A DNA stretch of 40,466 bases from Tubiluchus corallicola (GCA_030141605.1 JAQGDQ010001449.1:1-40466); one strand, 5' to 3'; counted from the first letter of the stretch, positions 1 through 11,842 are shown. Program-made: numbers and translations. The notes: a model not told the origin generated them from the sequence alone.

Positions 1-14
1 GGGGTGGTGGTGGT

Positions 15-55
<41 letters not shown>

Positions 56-56
56 C

Positions 57-94
<38 letters not shown>
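1..94. repeat. Compound trinucleotide microsatellite (GGT)n-(GCG)n-(AAT)n at the end of an intron
   Basis: Directly visible; ends about 10 nt before the acceptor AG at 103-104. Confidence 0.95.
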
Positions 95-95
<1 letters not shown>

Positions 96-104
96 TTTCT
101 GCAG

Positions 105-274
105 GTTTGTCAATCTTAATGGGCCCTGCATTGAATGCCGTACCGGAAGCCGTTCTATTTGGTGTATTTTTGTACATGGGTGTAAGCTCCCTGCAGGGGA
201 TACAACTCGTTGAACGTTTCGTAATGTTTTTCAAACCGTCAAAACATTTCCCGGATGTCGGATACGTAAAAAGG
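105..274 (+). CDS. SLC4A2: SLC4 anion exchanger (AE2/band 3-like), internal exon; the gene starts left of the window
   Basis: ttttctgcag| acceptor and |gtaaga donor. Encodes [37 protein letters not shown]...[13 protein letters not shown], which contains the SLC4 motif VLFGxFLYMGVxSLxGIQ. The symbol marks the nearest family type, not proven orthology. Confidence 0.9.
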
Positions 275-689
275 GTAAGAATATTAGGTAAAAACATTAT
301 CAGAAGTTTTGTCAGTGATAATAAAAAAAGATTAATGACTTTTGAGAGATTAAATATATCTCAATTGATTATTGCTTATTACTGATTACTACTGATTATT
401 ACTAAATATATTGCTTAATTTGGAAATCTCAGTTGTGTGGAGTTACAGAGGCATACGCACGTCTCTGTTGCTTGTCATGTTTGTGTAGATAAAATTGAAT
501 TAAATTCACTGACATGCTATGTGATTTGTATAGCTGCTATGTTGAAAATAAGAAATAAAATACTGTATCTTCTATCACTGAGAGAAACTTCTCAGTAAAA
601 AGTTTGTGTGTAATTTTTTTTAACTAAGGTTTCATAATTTATTGTATATATTAATTTTGGTAGTGTATATACACATGTATTTGTGTGTA

Positions 690-1297
690 TGTATAAGTAC
701 CAGTGCTATAGCTCCAATGATAGCACCATACTAAGCAGTCTACATATGAAATGAAAGGTCTCGGTCTGTTTCTTGACAATTGTTTTTTTTTAATCGGGGC
801 CACCTGAAGGAACAGGGGATGAAAAACTTCTAAAAATCACCATTGTTTGCCTGTTTTTTTTGCAAAACTTTTATTTTTTATTTTTGGAAACTGGTACCAG
901 GAGCGGTGCTGGTATTGATTGGATATTCCGTTCAGTGGTGGGTGTTGTAGGACTATTTAGATTTCACAGGAGGTCCACGGTTTCCCGCAACTGTTTTCCA
1001 GATCCAACTAGCCGATGTTTTTGAAATTTTGTCCGAACAGCGTGTAGAAAAACGTCCTAGCTGTCTACCAAAGAATAGTTGACTAGAGATTTCATATGAA
1101 TTGAGGTTTCACTTGAAAAACTGCTGTCACAAAGCCATTGGTCAAGGGTCATTCTATTGTATTCTGCCCTTAATTTTGCCGCAGTAAAACCACTGCTGTC
1201 TTTGCATTGGTTAAATAAATGAACACTGTGTAGGTTGTTTGCGCAATATTGATTATAAGTGCATCTGTACGCAAATTTTTGCGGGATCTTGGCTGGT
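690..1297 (+). mobile_element. Old, diverged copy of a non-autonomous Helitron-like element
   Basis: Colinear similarity to 24950-25819 (e.g. gcggtgctgg...ccgttcagtggtgggtgt). Ends in hairpin cgcaaatttttgcg (1270-1283) followed by CTGG (CTRR, 1293-1296) and T. Confidence 0.6.
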
Positions 1298-1448
1298 GTT
1301 AAATTATTTCATTTAATATTATCTTTTTTTATTGAGCAATTTCATGATGCTTTTTTTTAAACGAAGTTGTAATGAATAAATAAATTTGGCAGCGTTATAG
1401 CAAAGAATCAGTTATTGAACCAACCAACATTTATTATGTTTCTTTCAG

Positions 1449-1619
1449 GTTAGAACAATAAAAGTGCATCTATTTACTGCAATCCAGATATTCAGCATGG
1501 CCGTATTGTGGGCTGTAAAATCATCAGCTGCTGCACTTGCGTTTCCATTCATACTCATCCTAATGGTTCCACTGCGTTTTAATCTAAAGTGGATATTCAC
1601 TCCTACAGAGCTTGAAGAG
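1449..1619 (+). CDS. SLC4A2: SLC4 anion exchanger, penultimate exon
   Basis: tctttcag| acceptor and |gtgagg donor, 57 codons, phase 0/0. Encodes VRTIKVHLFTAIQIFSMAVLWAVKSSAAALAFPFILILMVPLRFNLKWIFTPTELEE, matching the last TM region of AE2. Confidence 0.92.
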
Positions 1620-1646
1620 GTGAGGAAATTATAAAGGCTTAGATGT

Positions 1647-1706
1647 TGTTGTTGTTGGCTTCCTTCTGTTTCGGGGCCTAGGCGGTCACCCATCCAAGTA
1701 CTAACC
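1647..1706 (-). mobile_element. 5'-truncated 5S rRNA-derived retroposed insertion (SINE3-like) with a (CAA)n tail and 12-bp TSD
   Basis: The minus strand reads GCCTGGTTAGTACTTGGATGGGTGACCGCCT, the 5S rRNA C-box region. Flanked by the direct repeat AGGCTTAGATGT at 1635-1646 and 1707-1718. Confidence 0.7.
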
Positions 1707-1957
1707 AGGCTTAGATGTAAACCTTGATTAAGTTTTATTGTATGGGAACCTGAGCCTATTCAAAATGGTCGATATATCCCGGCTGTATGTGTGCAAATTT
1801 CTAGAAAAATATGTACCATTGGTACATAAGGACAAATACAGGTAATATGCTCATTGGTAAAAAGTCACAGTTAAGAAAATCACTCATTAAAAAAAGTTAC
1901 AAAGAAAAAAGTCACAGTAAAAAATTATTGTACTCATATTTGTATCACATTGTTTAG

Positions 1958-2038
1958 CTGGACAAAGAAGAAACGGAAGTGGATGAAGAGGAACCGGATG
2001 AACCGGATTTCTATGAACAGACGCACATGCCAATCTAG
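1958..2038 (+). CDS. SLC4A2: SLC4 anion exchanger, last coding exon
   Basis: tgtttag| acceptor, phase 0. Encodes LDKEETEVDEEEPDEPDFYEQTHMPI*, an acidic tail ending MPI (compare MPV in AE proteins). Confidence 0.88.
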   Translation: MDKEETEVDEEEPDEPDFYEQTHMPI

Positions 2039-3287
2039 TTTTGCTGTGAAGTTCACGGAGAAGTCATGATAGTTGCCAACAATCATTAGTTAACCGGATG
2101 AACCAGATTTCTATGAACAGACGCACATGCCAATCTAGTTTTACTGTGAAGTTCACGGAGAAGTCATGATAGTTGCCAACAATCATTAGTTAACCGGATG
2201 AACCAGATTTCTATGAACAGACGCACATGCCAGTCTAGTTTTACTGTGAAGTTCAAGGAGAAGTCATGATAGTTGCCAACAATCATTAGTTAACCGGATG
2301 AACCGGATTTCTATGAACAGACGCACATGCCAATCTAGTTTTGCTGTGAAGTTCACGGAGAAGTCATGATAGTTGCCAACAATCATTAGTTAACCGGATG
2401 AACCAGATTTCTATGAACAGACGCACATGCCAATCTAGTTTTGCTGTGAAGTTCAAGGAGAAGTCATGATAGTTGCCAACAATCATTAGTTAACCAAATG
2501 AACCGGATTTCTATGAACAGACGCACATGCCAATCTAGTTTTGCTGTGAAGTTCACGGAGAAGTCATGATAGTTGCCAACAATCATTAGTTAACCGGATG
2601 AACCAGATTTCTATGAACAGACGCACATGCCAATCTAGTTTTACTGTGAAGTTCACGAAGAAGTCATGATAGTTGCCAACAATCATTAGTTAACTAGATG
2701 AACCGGATTTCTATGAACAGACGCACATGCCAATCTAGTTTTACTGTGAAGTTCACGGAGAAGTCATGATAGTTGCCAACAATCATTAGTTAACCAGATG
2801 AACCAGATTTCTATGAACAGACTCACATGCCTAGTTTTGCTGTGAAGTTCACGGAGAAGTCATGATAGTTGCCAACAATCATTAGTTAACTAGATGAACC
2901 GGATTTCTATGAACAGACGCACATGCCAATCTAGTTTTACTGTGAAGTTCACGGAGAAGTCATGATAGTTGCCAACAATCATTAGTTAACTAGATGAACC
3001 GGATTTCTATGAACAGACGCACATGCCAATCTAGTTTTACTGTGAAGTTCACGGAGAAGTCATGATAGTTGCCAACAATCATTACTTAACCGGATGAACC
3101 GGATTTCTATGAACAGACGCACATGCCAATCTAGTTTTACTGTGAAGTTCACGGAGAAGTCATGATAGTTTACAACAATCATTAGTTAACCAGATGAACC
3201 AGATTTCTATGAACAGACGCACATGCCAATCTAGTTTTGCTGTGAAGTTCATGGAGAAGTCATGATAGTTTCCAACAATCATTAGTT
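1992..3287 (+). repeat. Tandem array of 13 x 100 bp containing the SLC4 C-terminal codons, stop codon and start of the 3'UTR
   Basis: Units start at 1992, 2092 ... 2792, 2888 ... 3188; one unit has a 4-bp deletion near 2830. Confidence 0.97.
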
Positions 3288-4703
3288 TTTATCAAAGAAA
3301 TGCTATTAGTGATGTGGCAGCAGCATGAGTTATACACATTGGGTCCCATTTTGGTTTAAATTATGCCACATTGGCAATTTTATGTCAGTATTTACATTTA
3401 AAAGCGAATTTACTCATTTTTGATATCAACTGTTACTGTGCTTCATTTTACAAGTGAGTAGCTGGTTTATTTCAGATATATTACTTTACATGCGGCCTGT
3501 ATAGACATGAAAACCTGCATTTGTTCCATGATAATCTAAATTATTTGAAATAGAATGTGAAGCATGAAACAACTTTTACTATAAATTTTGCTGCACGTGT
3601 GACACTTCAGCAATGAAACTCACTTTGAAACTTGCAACAGTGTATCATAAATCTAAGCATCCCAGTCAGCGTAACGATTCTGTCAATTATGACTTTACTG
3701 CAAACGCAATTTATAATTTTGGTGCTTTCCTGTGATCATTTTTTATTGATCAACGTAAACTAAATCAATACATCGTTAAACTTGTTATAACAAAGTGTTT
3801 ATTAAATTGTTTATTATCGCATATAATCAATTTTAGAAAGATTCATGTTATTATCCCACAGTGCAATTGTTAATACCACCAAGTAAGAGGAAATTGTTCC
3901 AGAATTTAGCTAGTTTTTTATAATCACGATAAAGATTTACTTTCTACTTGAGGGCAATGTTAACTGTTACAGTCAGTAGTTTAGAATAACTCTTTGTGTC
4001 TTAGAATAACGTAGTTTTTATTTTTGCTCTGTGTAATAATGATATGGGGTTGTTGTAAAATCATTTTTATATATAAAAATTGAATATGTGGCTTTATACA
4101 TTAGTCTTATGACTTGTTGATATTGTTTTTGAAACTGTAACATGTATGCAAGCCGTTTGTATAGAGCATAGTAATTTGTGATAGCCAATGTTAGATGCTT
4201 GTGAATGATGTAATGAGAATTAAATGTTGAAAATCAGAAAGTAATGCTCATATCATTTTTGCACCGTTTGCCAGTGTGGAATTTAGATGATCTTAGTAAA
4301 GCTAGTGTGTTTAAGTAACATGTAGGTGTATTTCAAAGTTTGTCTCACTACTTGTGTTGCTGTTGGCTGTTAATAATGTAGGAACTTACAGAAGTTTTAC
4401 TGATGCAAATGTAAAAAGTTTTAGTCAACTTTGTTGATAAGTTGTCGAATAATATTATTTATTCACATATCATAAAAACTGTGTGCTGTTAAAAACGTTA
4501 AAAACGTTATTTCTTAGTTAAAGACATTTTCTAAAAATGTTTTAAAAAATCTCGAGTGTGAAAACTGCTAATTGTGATTGCTAAGCTGTGAAATTTTTAA
4601 TGTTTTGCAATTGTTGCTTGTTGTTATATGGATGTGCAAATATAAGTTTATAAAAGTTACTTTCTGTTGTACAGTTTTTGTCTATTTGAGGTGGTGGTGC
4701 AGC

Positions 4704-4892
4704 TATAATAATAATAATAATAATAATAAATAATAATAATAATAATAATCATAATAATCTTTATTTAAAGTCGGCTTTTGGGTCAACAATTAACATTAGC
4801 TCAAAGAGCTATTATCGCCGACTGTAAATAACAACCTACAACTACATAACAGAGACTATTATTACCCCACTTTTACCCAAAATGAAACCCTA
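4704..4892 (-). mobile_element. Short retroposon (LINE/SINE) 3' fragment with a (TTA)n tail and 27-bp TSD
   Basis: Direct repeat TTTGTCTATTTGAGGTGGTGGTGCAGC at 4677-4703 and 4893-4919. (TAA)n run, AATAAA on the minus strand, and an internal stem agtcggc...gccgact. Confidence 0.65.
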
Positions 4893-5193
4893 TTTGTCTA
4901 TTTGAGGTGGTGGTGCAGCAGCTTTCGATTCAATCACCATTTATACACTAAACAGATTGTTGATCTAATGCCTTTTTATTAATGGCTGGTTTTTTTGAAT
5001 TTGGGCATACTAGACATTGTCGGAGGCCGTACAGATTATAGTCCTGATGAGCAAAATGTTTTTGTTGTGTCTTCTCTACTCAGCAGGGCCGGCCTTAGGT
5101 AATTGGAGGCCCTAGGCGAAGTGAATTTGGTGGCCCCAAATGAAATAGAAAAATGAAAAATAAATACGAAAAAAATAAAATTACGCAATTTAC

Positions 5194-5194
<1 letters not shown>

Positions 5195-5229
<35 letters not shown>

Positions 5230-5247
5230 GGAGGGAGGGAGAGAGAG
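5195..5247. repeat. Imperfect (GA)n microsatellite
   Basis: Directly visible. Confidence 0.9.
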
Positions 5248-5862
5248 TTATTTGGTTTTGGGATCTTATGTGAGATGGAGATGCAGCCAAACCTCATTAT
5301 AATGACCACTTTATAACGCCAAACTTGTTGAACACCCAAATGTTTGCAAACAAAATGTCTATATTTGCATAGACAAGTATGTATCTGTGTAAAGCACCTC
5401 GTTATGATGCCAGACTCACTTAGCGCTGTACATTAAATTACTTTATGTTGGAGATATAACAGAGATGCATAAATTTGGTGATAGGTGGCTTAGAAACCTA
5501 TAGAGGAAACAGAAATCACTCGCTGACAATTACAGAAAAGCATCCCAATATAACACCCAGTTCAAATTTAAATAAAACCTATTGTGCTTGATAGGCATAT
5601 CATTTCAATCAAGATTTATTTAGTGAGCTAATAGTGATTTCAATTTTAACACAGCTTGATAATTAAATTAGAAAAAATAGAAGATAACACATCACTTGCT
5701 GTGTGAAAGTGAAATGCTTGTAGCAATAATAGGTGAGCAGGTAACATTAATGTACAGTAACTCACACATAATCACGACAATACGAAACTGTTGTAAAATT
5801 GTACAAACAATTGTTTAACAGTATTTATATACAATCAGGATTAAGAATACATCAGTGGCCAT

Positions 5863-8531
5863 TTAAACTGCGTGGTGGGACGTTTGCACAGCTCCTGGAA
5901 CTTTGAATGTGGTTCCTTTGTCGACCCTTTTACTATAAGTCTTACTACAACATTTAGAATACATAAGATGTAGTAAAGCTAAAACAATTGCACAGTACAA
6001 TATACCTATCAACAAAAACAAAGCAAATGCGGCACCCTCAGCTGCTGAATAAAACAGTCCTTCAACGGCAGTAGCTATCAGGAAAATGATACTTACTGAT
6101 AAAATGATTGCGTTGATGATGTAGGTTTTTGTGCTGATGCTACCGGAATCACCTAATTTCATACTTACACTACGAAACGTTTTTTTCCTAATTGCAGGTT
6201 TGATATCTCGATCTGATATCGTTTCTTGACTTTTAATAAGTGCTACGTCACTCTCGCCAAGTGAAAGACTTCTGCTACCTCTGACACTAGTAATAGATTT
6301 TTTATGTTTCGGTACATACGATGCACCCACCGCTTGCTCCATTCCGCTTCGTGCTGGCGAAGGTACTGACGGATTGCACTGTGCTGCAATTGCTTGGATC
6401 CGATAAGCTGCTACATCCGTACTTAGTTTGCCTTCAGAACGGCATTGTTCGGACGCATGAATTGCTGATTGTACTTTGACTAGATCCTCCTTGGAGACGG
6501 GCGTTGGACTCGCAGAGGAAGTGAAAACGTTCCTCAAGTCATTTTTAATAGCTGATAATTCGTCAATGAGGCTAAGCCGTGGACTACTTTTTTTAGATAC
6601 GACCACATTAGCATACATTGAAGGGTTACTCTGCAATTTCTTGCACAGCTCTACCATTTCAGTACCTAGCAAGGATTTATTTGCATCGTCAGGGTCGTAA
6701 TTATCCACCAGAGAATCAATGATGCCACCAACAACACTAAGGTATGTCCTTGGCTTGTGTAATTCGTCCATAACTTGCTCTTTGAAGATTTCTTGTTCAA
6801 CAGGTCCTCCCATTGACTGTTGAGCTTTAAGAAGCACATTCTGGACAACCGCTTTTGCCTTGTCTCTTATAATTTCATCCTGCAGTGTTTGATTTTCCAA
6901 GTAATCTAACACTTTTGTGTTTCTATCGTTCACGTCAGCATTTTTGTAGCTTAGCGGTCGGAAAGGCTTTTGACATTGTCTGAAGTCAGTTTTACCGGAA
7001 AGCAATGCTTCTTTCCTAACGTTAAATTTGCAATGTGTCACTAACCCATTCATATAAAACGCAAAATATGCTTGCTTTGCTGCGGCCTCGATTAAGTTCC
7101 TATTAAAGCAACACTTTTTGAACAGGATTTTTCCCACTTGTCTACACAGTTCATTAAGGAAGGCGCTATCAATGTCACATCCATTTTTTGACTTGGAATT
7201 TTTTATTTGCATTCGGGTTGCCTTGACAACGAGTGCTATGACGTTGTGAGAAAACCACTGCAAATCACACTGAAATGCTTGTTCTGTAAAACTGGCTAAA
7301 CTAGCTTGTTTTTCAGTACACTTCACTGACGAATACAAACAAGACAAATATACTGGCATGATGCCAATTATGCACTTCAATAAATTACTAGTTGTAACAT
7401 CCTCTGTGAGCCAGGTTTTAGTTGCTGAAGATATGTCGGTTTGTGACATAGAAACACCTAGTGATTCACACAGACTGTTCAGAAGTTCAACACTATGCAC
7501 GTGTGCTTGTTTAGTCATCACATTATGTATTTCTAGCATGTCGTTCACCAAGATTAAAGCCATTTCGATTTGCACTTGTTCCCTGAAGTTAATATCAGTG
7601 CAAGCCTGCACAGCTTTCCACTTGCATCTAAAGTGCATGGAGCATGTGTTTGGTAAAGGATTTGTTAAATCTGATGTGAGCGATTCAGGCATAGCATGTA
7701 CAGCCAATTCCCTAAAATTAGTAATTGAAATGCTCATGTATTCCACAAAGTAATCATCCTCACGTTGGAAAATAGTTCTCTGTAAATCTGCACAGATGGG
7801 GTCAATCTCATCAGAACTTTTTGTACCACATTCTTGATTCAATAACTCCGATAATTCCTGCACCCAGGTGTTCACTTTATCTTCTGTCAATGAATCAACG
7901 CCGTGTTTCTCTACAAATGTTAACAGTTCGCTCACGTAGCTCTCGCTAAACGACTTCACAGTTGCACCGAGAACAGCTTTGTCGTGTTCTTTCATGATGC
8001 TAAATAAATGCTTGCTGTTAAATGGTCCTGGGTCATTTTTTAAACATTGTGAAGAATTTTCGTCAAAAAAGTGCTCGGCACGCTCGTATCCTAAAACCGC
8101 AATATTGAGTTCACTGCCGTCTGGACCATGGTCTTTTAAAATCGTGTACACCTCACCAGGCCTGTATTCATGAATGACGTTTGCTATATTCGCTTTATTA
8201 TTGCCATTCAGCCGGTCGGGATTCAGGTAAACTTCTAGTTCTTGAACAGGTCCCGTACGAAATTTCGCAAAGTCTGGATCACTCCCTTTTACCGGGTTTA
8301 AATTCATCTCCATTCTATTCCTGCGACTTTTCACCGTTTCCAGGAGTCTCCTCAACATCAACTCGTATTTGTTTGGCGCAGCTATTGGTAAACTGTCTTC
8401 TGAACTTGTGTCTTGATCAGGGATGTAAGGCTGTCTTTGTTTCACATTCAGTTTAACTGATTCCCCACCACCAATGTCTACAACAATGTAAGGAGCTGGA
8501 GGGACATATTTATCTGTTTGAACGGCATCAT
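5863..8531 (-). CDS. Uncharacterised 1056-aa membrane protein, large last exon (long soluble region plus 2 C-terminal TM helices)
   Basis: The open frame extends upstream of the GTG at 8445 to the acceptor tttattcttgcag| at 8532. Phase 1 matches the donor at 9370. Hydrophobic segments IINAIILSVSIIFLIATAV and AAFALFLLIGILYCAIVLALL. AATAAA on the minus strand at 5615-5620. Confidence 0.85.
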
Positions 8532-8580
8532 CTGCAAGAATAAACAGCTTATTTATTTATTAATTGATATTTATTAACTC

Positions 8581-8870
8581 ATGCCATTTTATGATGTACC
8601 ATAAGATCATTTTAGTACAAATGCATAGTTTCTAACCATTGGCACACTGACATTGGAAAGTTAATCTATGCAAATAACGATAATTTTTTTACGCCATTGT
8701 ATGATGTACCATAAGATCATTTTAGTACAAAAGCATAGTTCCTAACCATTGGCACACTGACATTGGAAAGTTAATCTATGCAAATAACGATAATTTTTTT
8801 ATGCCATTGTATGATGTACCATAAGATCATTTTAGTACAAATGCATAGTTTCTAACCATTGGCACACTGA
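8581..8870. repeat. Intronic tandem repeat, about 2.6 x 110 bp
   Basis: Units start at 8581, 8691 and 8801. Confidence 0.93.
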
Positions 8871-9370
8871 TTGGGTTTTTGGTTTTTTTTGTTGTTGTGT
8901 TGTTTGTGTGTTTTGGTGTTGACGCACCACTCAAATTATTCGAAAGTTTAGGTGTATTTTTACCTGTATAATTTCATACATGTGAGAGATTATAATGATG
9001 TTCAGATTATATGTAATTTAACAATTGCAGTATTCAGTTCTTAAGTGGCATTTACCAAAAGACCAAATGTCTATGCATTATAGATAAAAATCTTTTTATA
9101 TTGTTTTCAAAGCACCCGTTTATCAGACTTGCATTATTTTTTCTGCACCTATTTCCTATTGATTTTTTACACGCGGCCATTCCTCATATGGGTACAGTAT
9201 AACGTATTCTAGTTGTCTGGTAAACGCTGCTCAATACTGTCGATTGACAAAGACAAAAATGACTCAAAAGTCAAGCTAAACAATGGAGTCGCTTACAAAA
9301 TACAACAAATATTCAAAAATGTAGCTATTGTATCACTTAAAATGTATTTTACCTAATAAGCTAAACATAC

Positions 9371-9549
9371 CTGATAGTAAACGCAAAAGGTACAGCCTGA
9401 GAAGAAAATAGGCAACAATGCAGACTGTAATTAGATCGATCGTAGAAAGTATGAAAATCCACTGCACTTGTTTTTTGAAAAGATCTTCCACAGAAAAATT
9501 CTCCTGATGAAAATCGCCAACGGCTCCAGCTACTCTTGCAATCATATAC
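9371..9549 (-). CDS. Uncharacterised membrane protein, coding exon 3 (end of TM3 and TM4)
   Basis: Encodes YMIARVAGAVGDFHQENFSVEDLFKKQVQWIFILSTIDLITVCIVAYFLLRLYLLRLLS, then |gtatgt. Phase 2 in and phase 1 out, both matching the neighbouring exons. Confidence 0.7.
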
Positions 9550-10680
9550 CTGTAATCATATACCTGTAATCATATACCTGCAATCATATATCTGTAATCA
9601 TATACCTGCAATCATATACCTGCAATCGTATACCTGTAATCATATACCTGTAATCATATACCTGCAATCATATATCTGTAATCATATACCTGTAATCATA
9701 TACCTGCAATCGTATACCTGCAAGCGTATACCTGTAATCGTATACCTGCAATCGTATACCTGTAATCGTATACCTGCAATCGTATACCTGCAATCGTATA
9801 CCTGTAATCATATACCTGCAATCGTATACCTGTAATCGTATACCTGCAATCGTATACCTGCAATCGTATACCTGCAATCGTATACCTGCAATCGTATACC
9901 TGCAATCGCATACCTGCAATTGTATACCTGCAATCGTATACCTGTAATCGTATACCTGCAATCGTATACCTGCAATCGTATACCTGCAATCATATACCTG
10001 CAATCATATACCTGCAATCATATACCTGCAATCATATACCTGTAATCATATACCTGCAATCATATACCTGTAATCATATACCTGTAATCATATACCTGCA
10101 ATCATATACCTGCAATCATATACCTGTAATCATATACCTGCAATCATATACCTGTAATCATATACCTGCAATCATATACCTGGAATCATATACCTACAAT
10201 CATATACCCGTATACCTGCAATCGTATACCTGCAATCATATACCTGCAATCATATACCTGCAATCATATACCTGCAATCATATACCTGCAATCATATACC
10301 TGTAATCATATACCTGCAATCGTATACCTGCAATCATATACCTGTAATCATATACCTGTAATCATATACCTGCAATCATATACCTGTAATCATATACCTG
10401 TAATCATATATCTGTAATCATATACCTGTAGTTATATACCTGTAATCATATACCTGTAATCATATACCTGCAATCATATACTTGTAATCATATACCTGCA
10501 ATCATATACTTGTAATCATATACCTGCAATCATATACCTGTAATCATATACCTGCAATCATATACCTGCAATCATATACCTGTAATCATATACCTGTAAT
10601 CATATACCTGTAATCATATACCTGCAATCATATACCTGTAATCACATACCTGCAATCATATACCTGCAATCATATACCTG
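9537..10680. repeat. 14-bp minisatellite, about 81 copies (minus-strand unit CAGGTATATGATTG/A)
   Basis: Directly visible. A CpG variant (CAGGTATACGATTG) is concentrated at about 9700-9980. Confidence 0.97.
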
Positions 10681-11112
10681 AAACAAACAGCTCACCAGAT
10701 ATGTGGACATCATCGGTGACTAAAGGAAATTGATCGTGAACGATATTAATCAGAAGTGAAATGCAATGTTAATCATTTGCCCAAATGTTTGTTTAGTTAT
10801 ATGCAATCCATACTATAATGTAAGTGTAAAAAACCTCGGCATGGAAAACTATTTCGTGGATAAATGGATTGCATGACCAAATATTACTAATACATTGCAG
10901 TGGTGGGCTAGGAACAGGATGAGCTGATGGGCATATTAGCCAAGGTGTCTTGGAGTTTGCACAAAATGCCACAAAATTTTCGGTTAAAGTCGCACTAGTT
11001 TCGTTAAGCGAGGACATAATGTATATGCTCTAGCCTCAAATTACCGAAATCGCTCTCAGAATCTTCATTAGGCCTGTTGCAATGATACTGTAGCTAAACT
11101 GAAAAAACGTAC

Positions 11113-11276
11113 ATGACCATTAAGAGGGCATTCATAAAGATGAAGAGGTTTAATTTCTGCATTCCCGGTAAACAACGACGCCTAGCTGTTTTCCGCTGCC
11201 AAGAGTTGCTAGTGCAGTTCATGAACATCGTCAGAGTCATTATTGCCGTCGCCACTAATCCGGTGGGAATGATTCC
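11113..11276 (-). CDS. Uncharacterised membrane protein, coding exon 2 (TM2 and TM3)
   Basis: gattttcag| acceptor and |gtacgt donor. Encodes GIIPTGLVATAIMTLTMFMN...LNLFIFMNALLMV. 164 nt, phase 0 in and phase 2 out. Confidence 0.7.
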
Positions 11277-11401
11277 CTGAAAATCCAAATTATGCAATAT
11301 AGAAAATTAGAAACAATTGAAATTGTATCCACTCAAACAGTTCAATCTGTTTTGTGCTTAAACACTGTTCTATTTGTTAAAGCAGTTTATATGCGCTACC
11401 G

Positions 11402-11418
11402 GCCAGCAGGGGGCAGCA
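11402..11418 (+). promoter_or_regulatory. Candidate CTCF site
   Basis: CCAGCAGGGGGCAG fits CCASYAGRKGGCRS in an otherwise AT-rich intron. Motif match only. Confidence 0.3.
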
Positions 11419-11586
11419 CTGCTGCAGTTCATCAAAGCGCTCTACAGCATTTCCTAAAAAAAGCCAACTTTCCATTTTCATTTTTTAATTGAGCAGATAG
11501 ACAAAGTAGATACATATATACTTAATGATGCACGTAGCTTGTCTGTAGCACAAGGGATTGCAGTTTTACTGAATATATTGCCTTTC

Positions 11587-11842
11587 CATAGCTAGATAAC
11601 ATAGCTAGATAACATAGCTAGATAACATAGCTAGATAACATAGCTAGATGACATAGCTAGATAACATAGCTAGATAACATAGCTAGATGACATAGCTAGA
11701 TAACATAGCTAGATGACATAGCTAGATAACATAGCTAGATAACATAGCTAGATAACATAGCTAGATAACATAGCTAGATAACATAGCTAGATAACATAGC
11801 TAGATGACATAGCTAGATAACATAGCTAGATGACATAGCTAG
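11587..11842. repeat. 13-bp minisatellite (CATAGCTAGATAA), about 20 copies, intronic
   Basis: Directly visible. Confidence 0.96.

Noticed and set aside
5084-5137. DNA-transposon-like terminus CAGGGCCGGCCTTAGG...
   Set aside because: No matching second terminus or TSD is found in the window.
5863-8445. The 860-aa ORF as a standalone intronless or viral gene
   Set aside because: It starts at GTG; the frame continues to a splice acceptor at 8532 whose phase fits the upstream exons.
6476-8456. Plus-strand ORFs of 64-131 aa (and those at 33745-35267 and 39705-40016)
   Set aside because: They are antisense shadows of real coding sequence.
9536-10017. Repetitive ORFs (LQVYDCRYTIAGIR...) and in-frame inclusion of the whole array
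   Set aside because: These are by-products of a 14-bp period. The 1128-nt span is a multiple of 3 but contains TGA stops.
11245-11265. PTGLVATA resembling CBR exon 7 PGLVATD (alternative CBR exon?)
   Set aside because: The similarity is only about 15 nt, it lies beyond the CBR stop, and the exon fits the membrane-protein gene.
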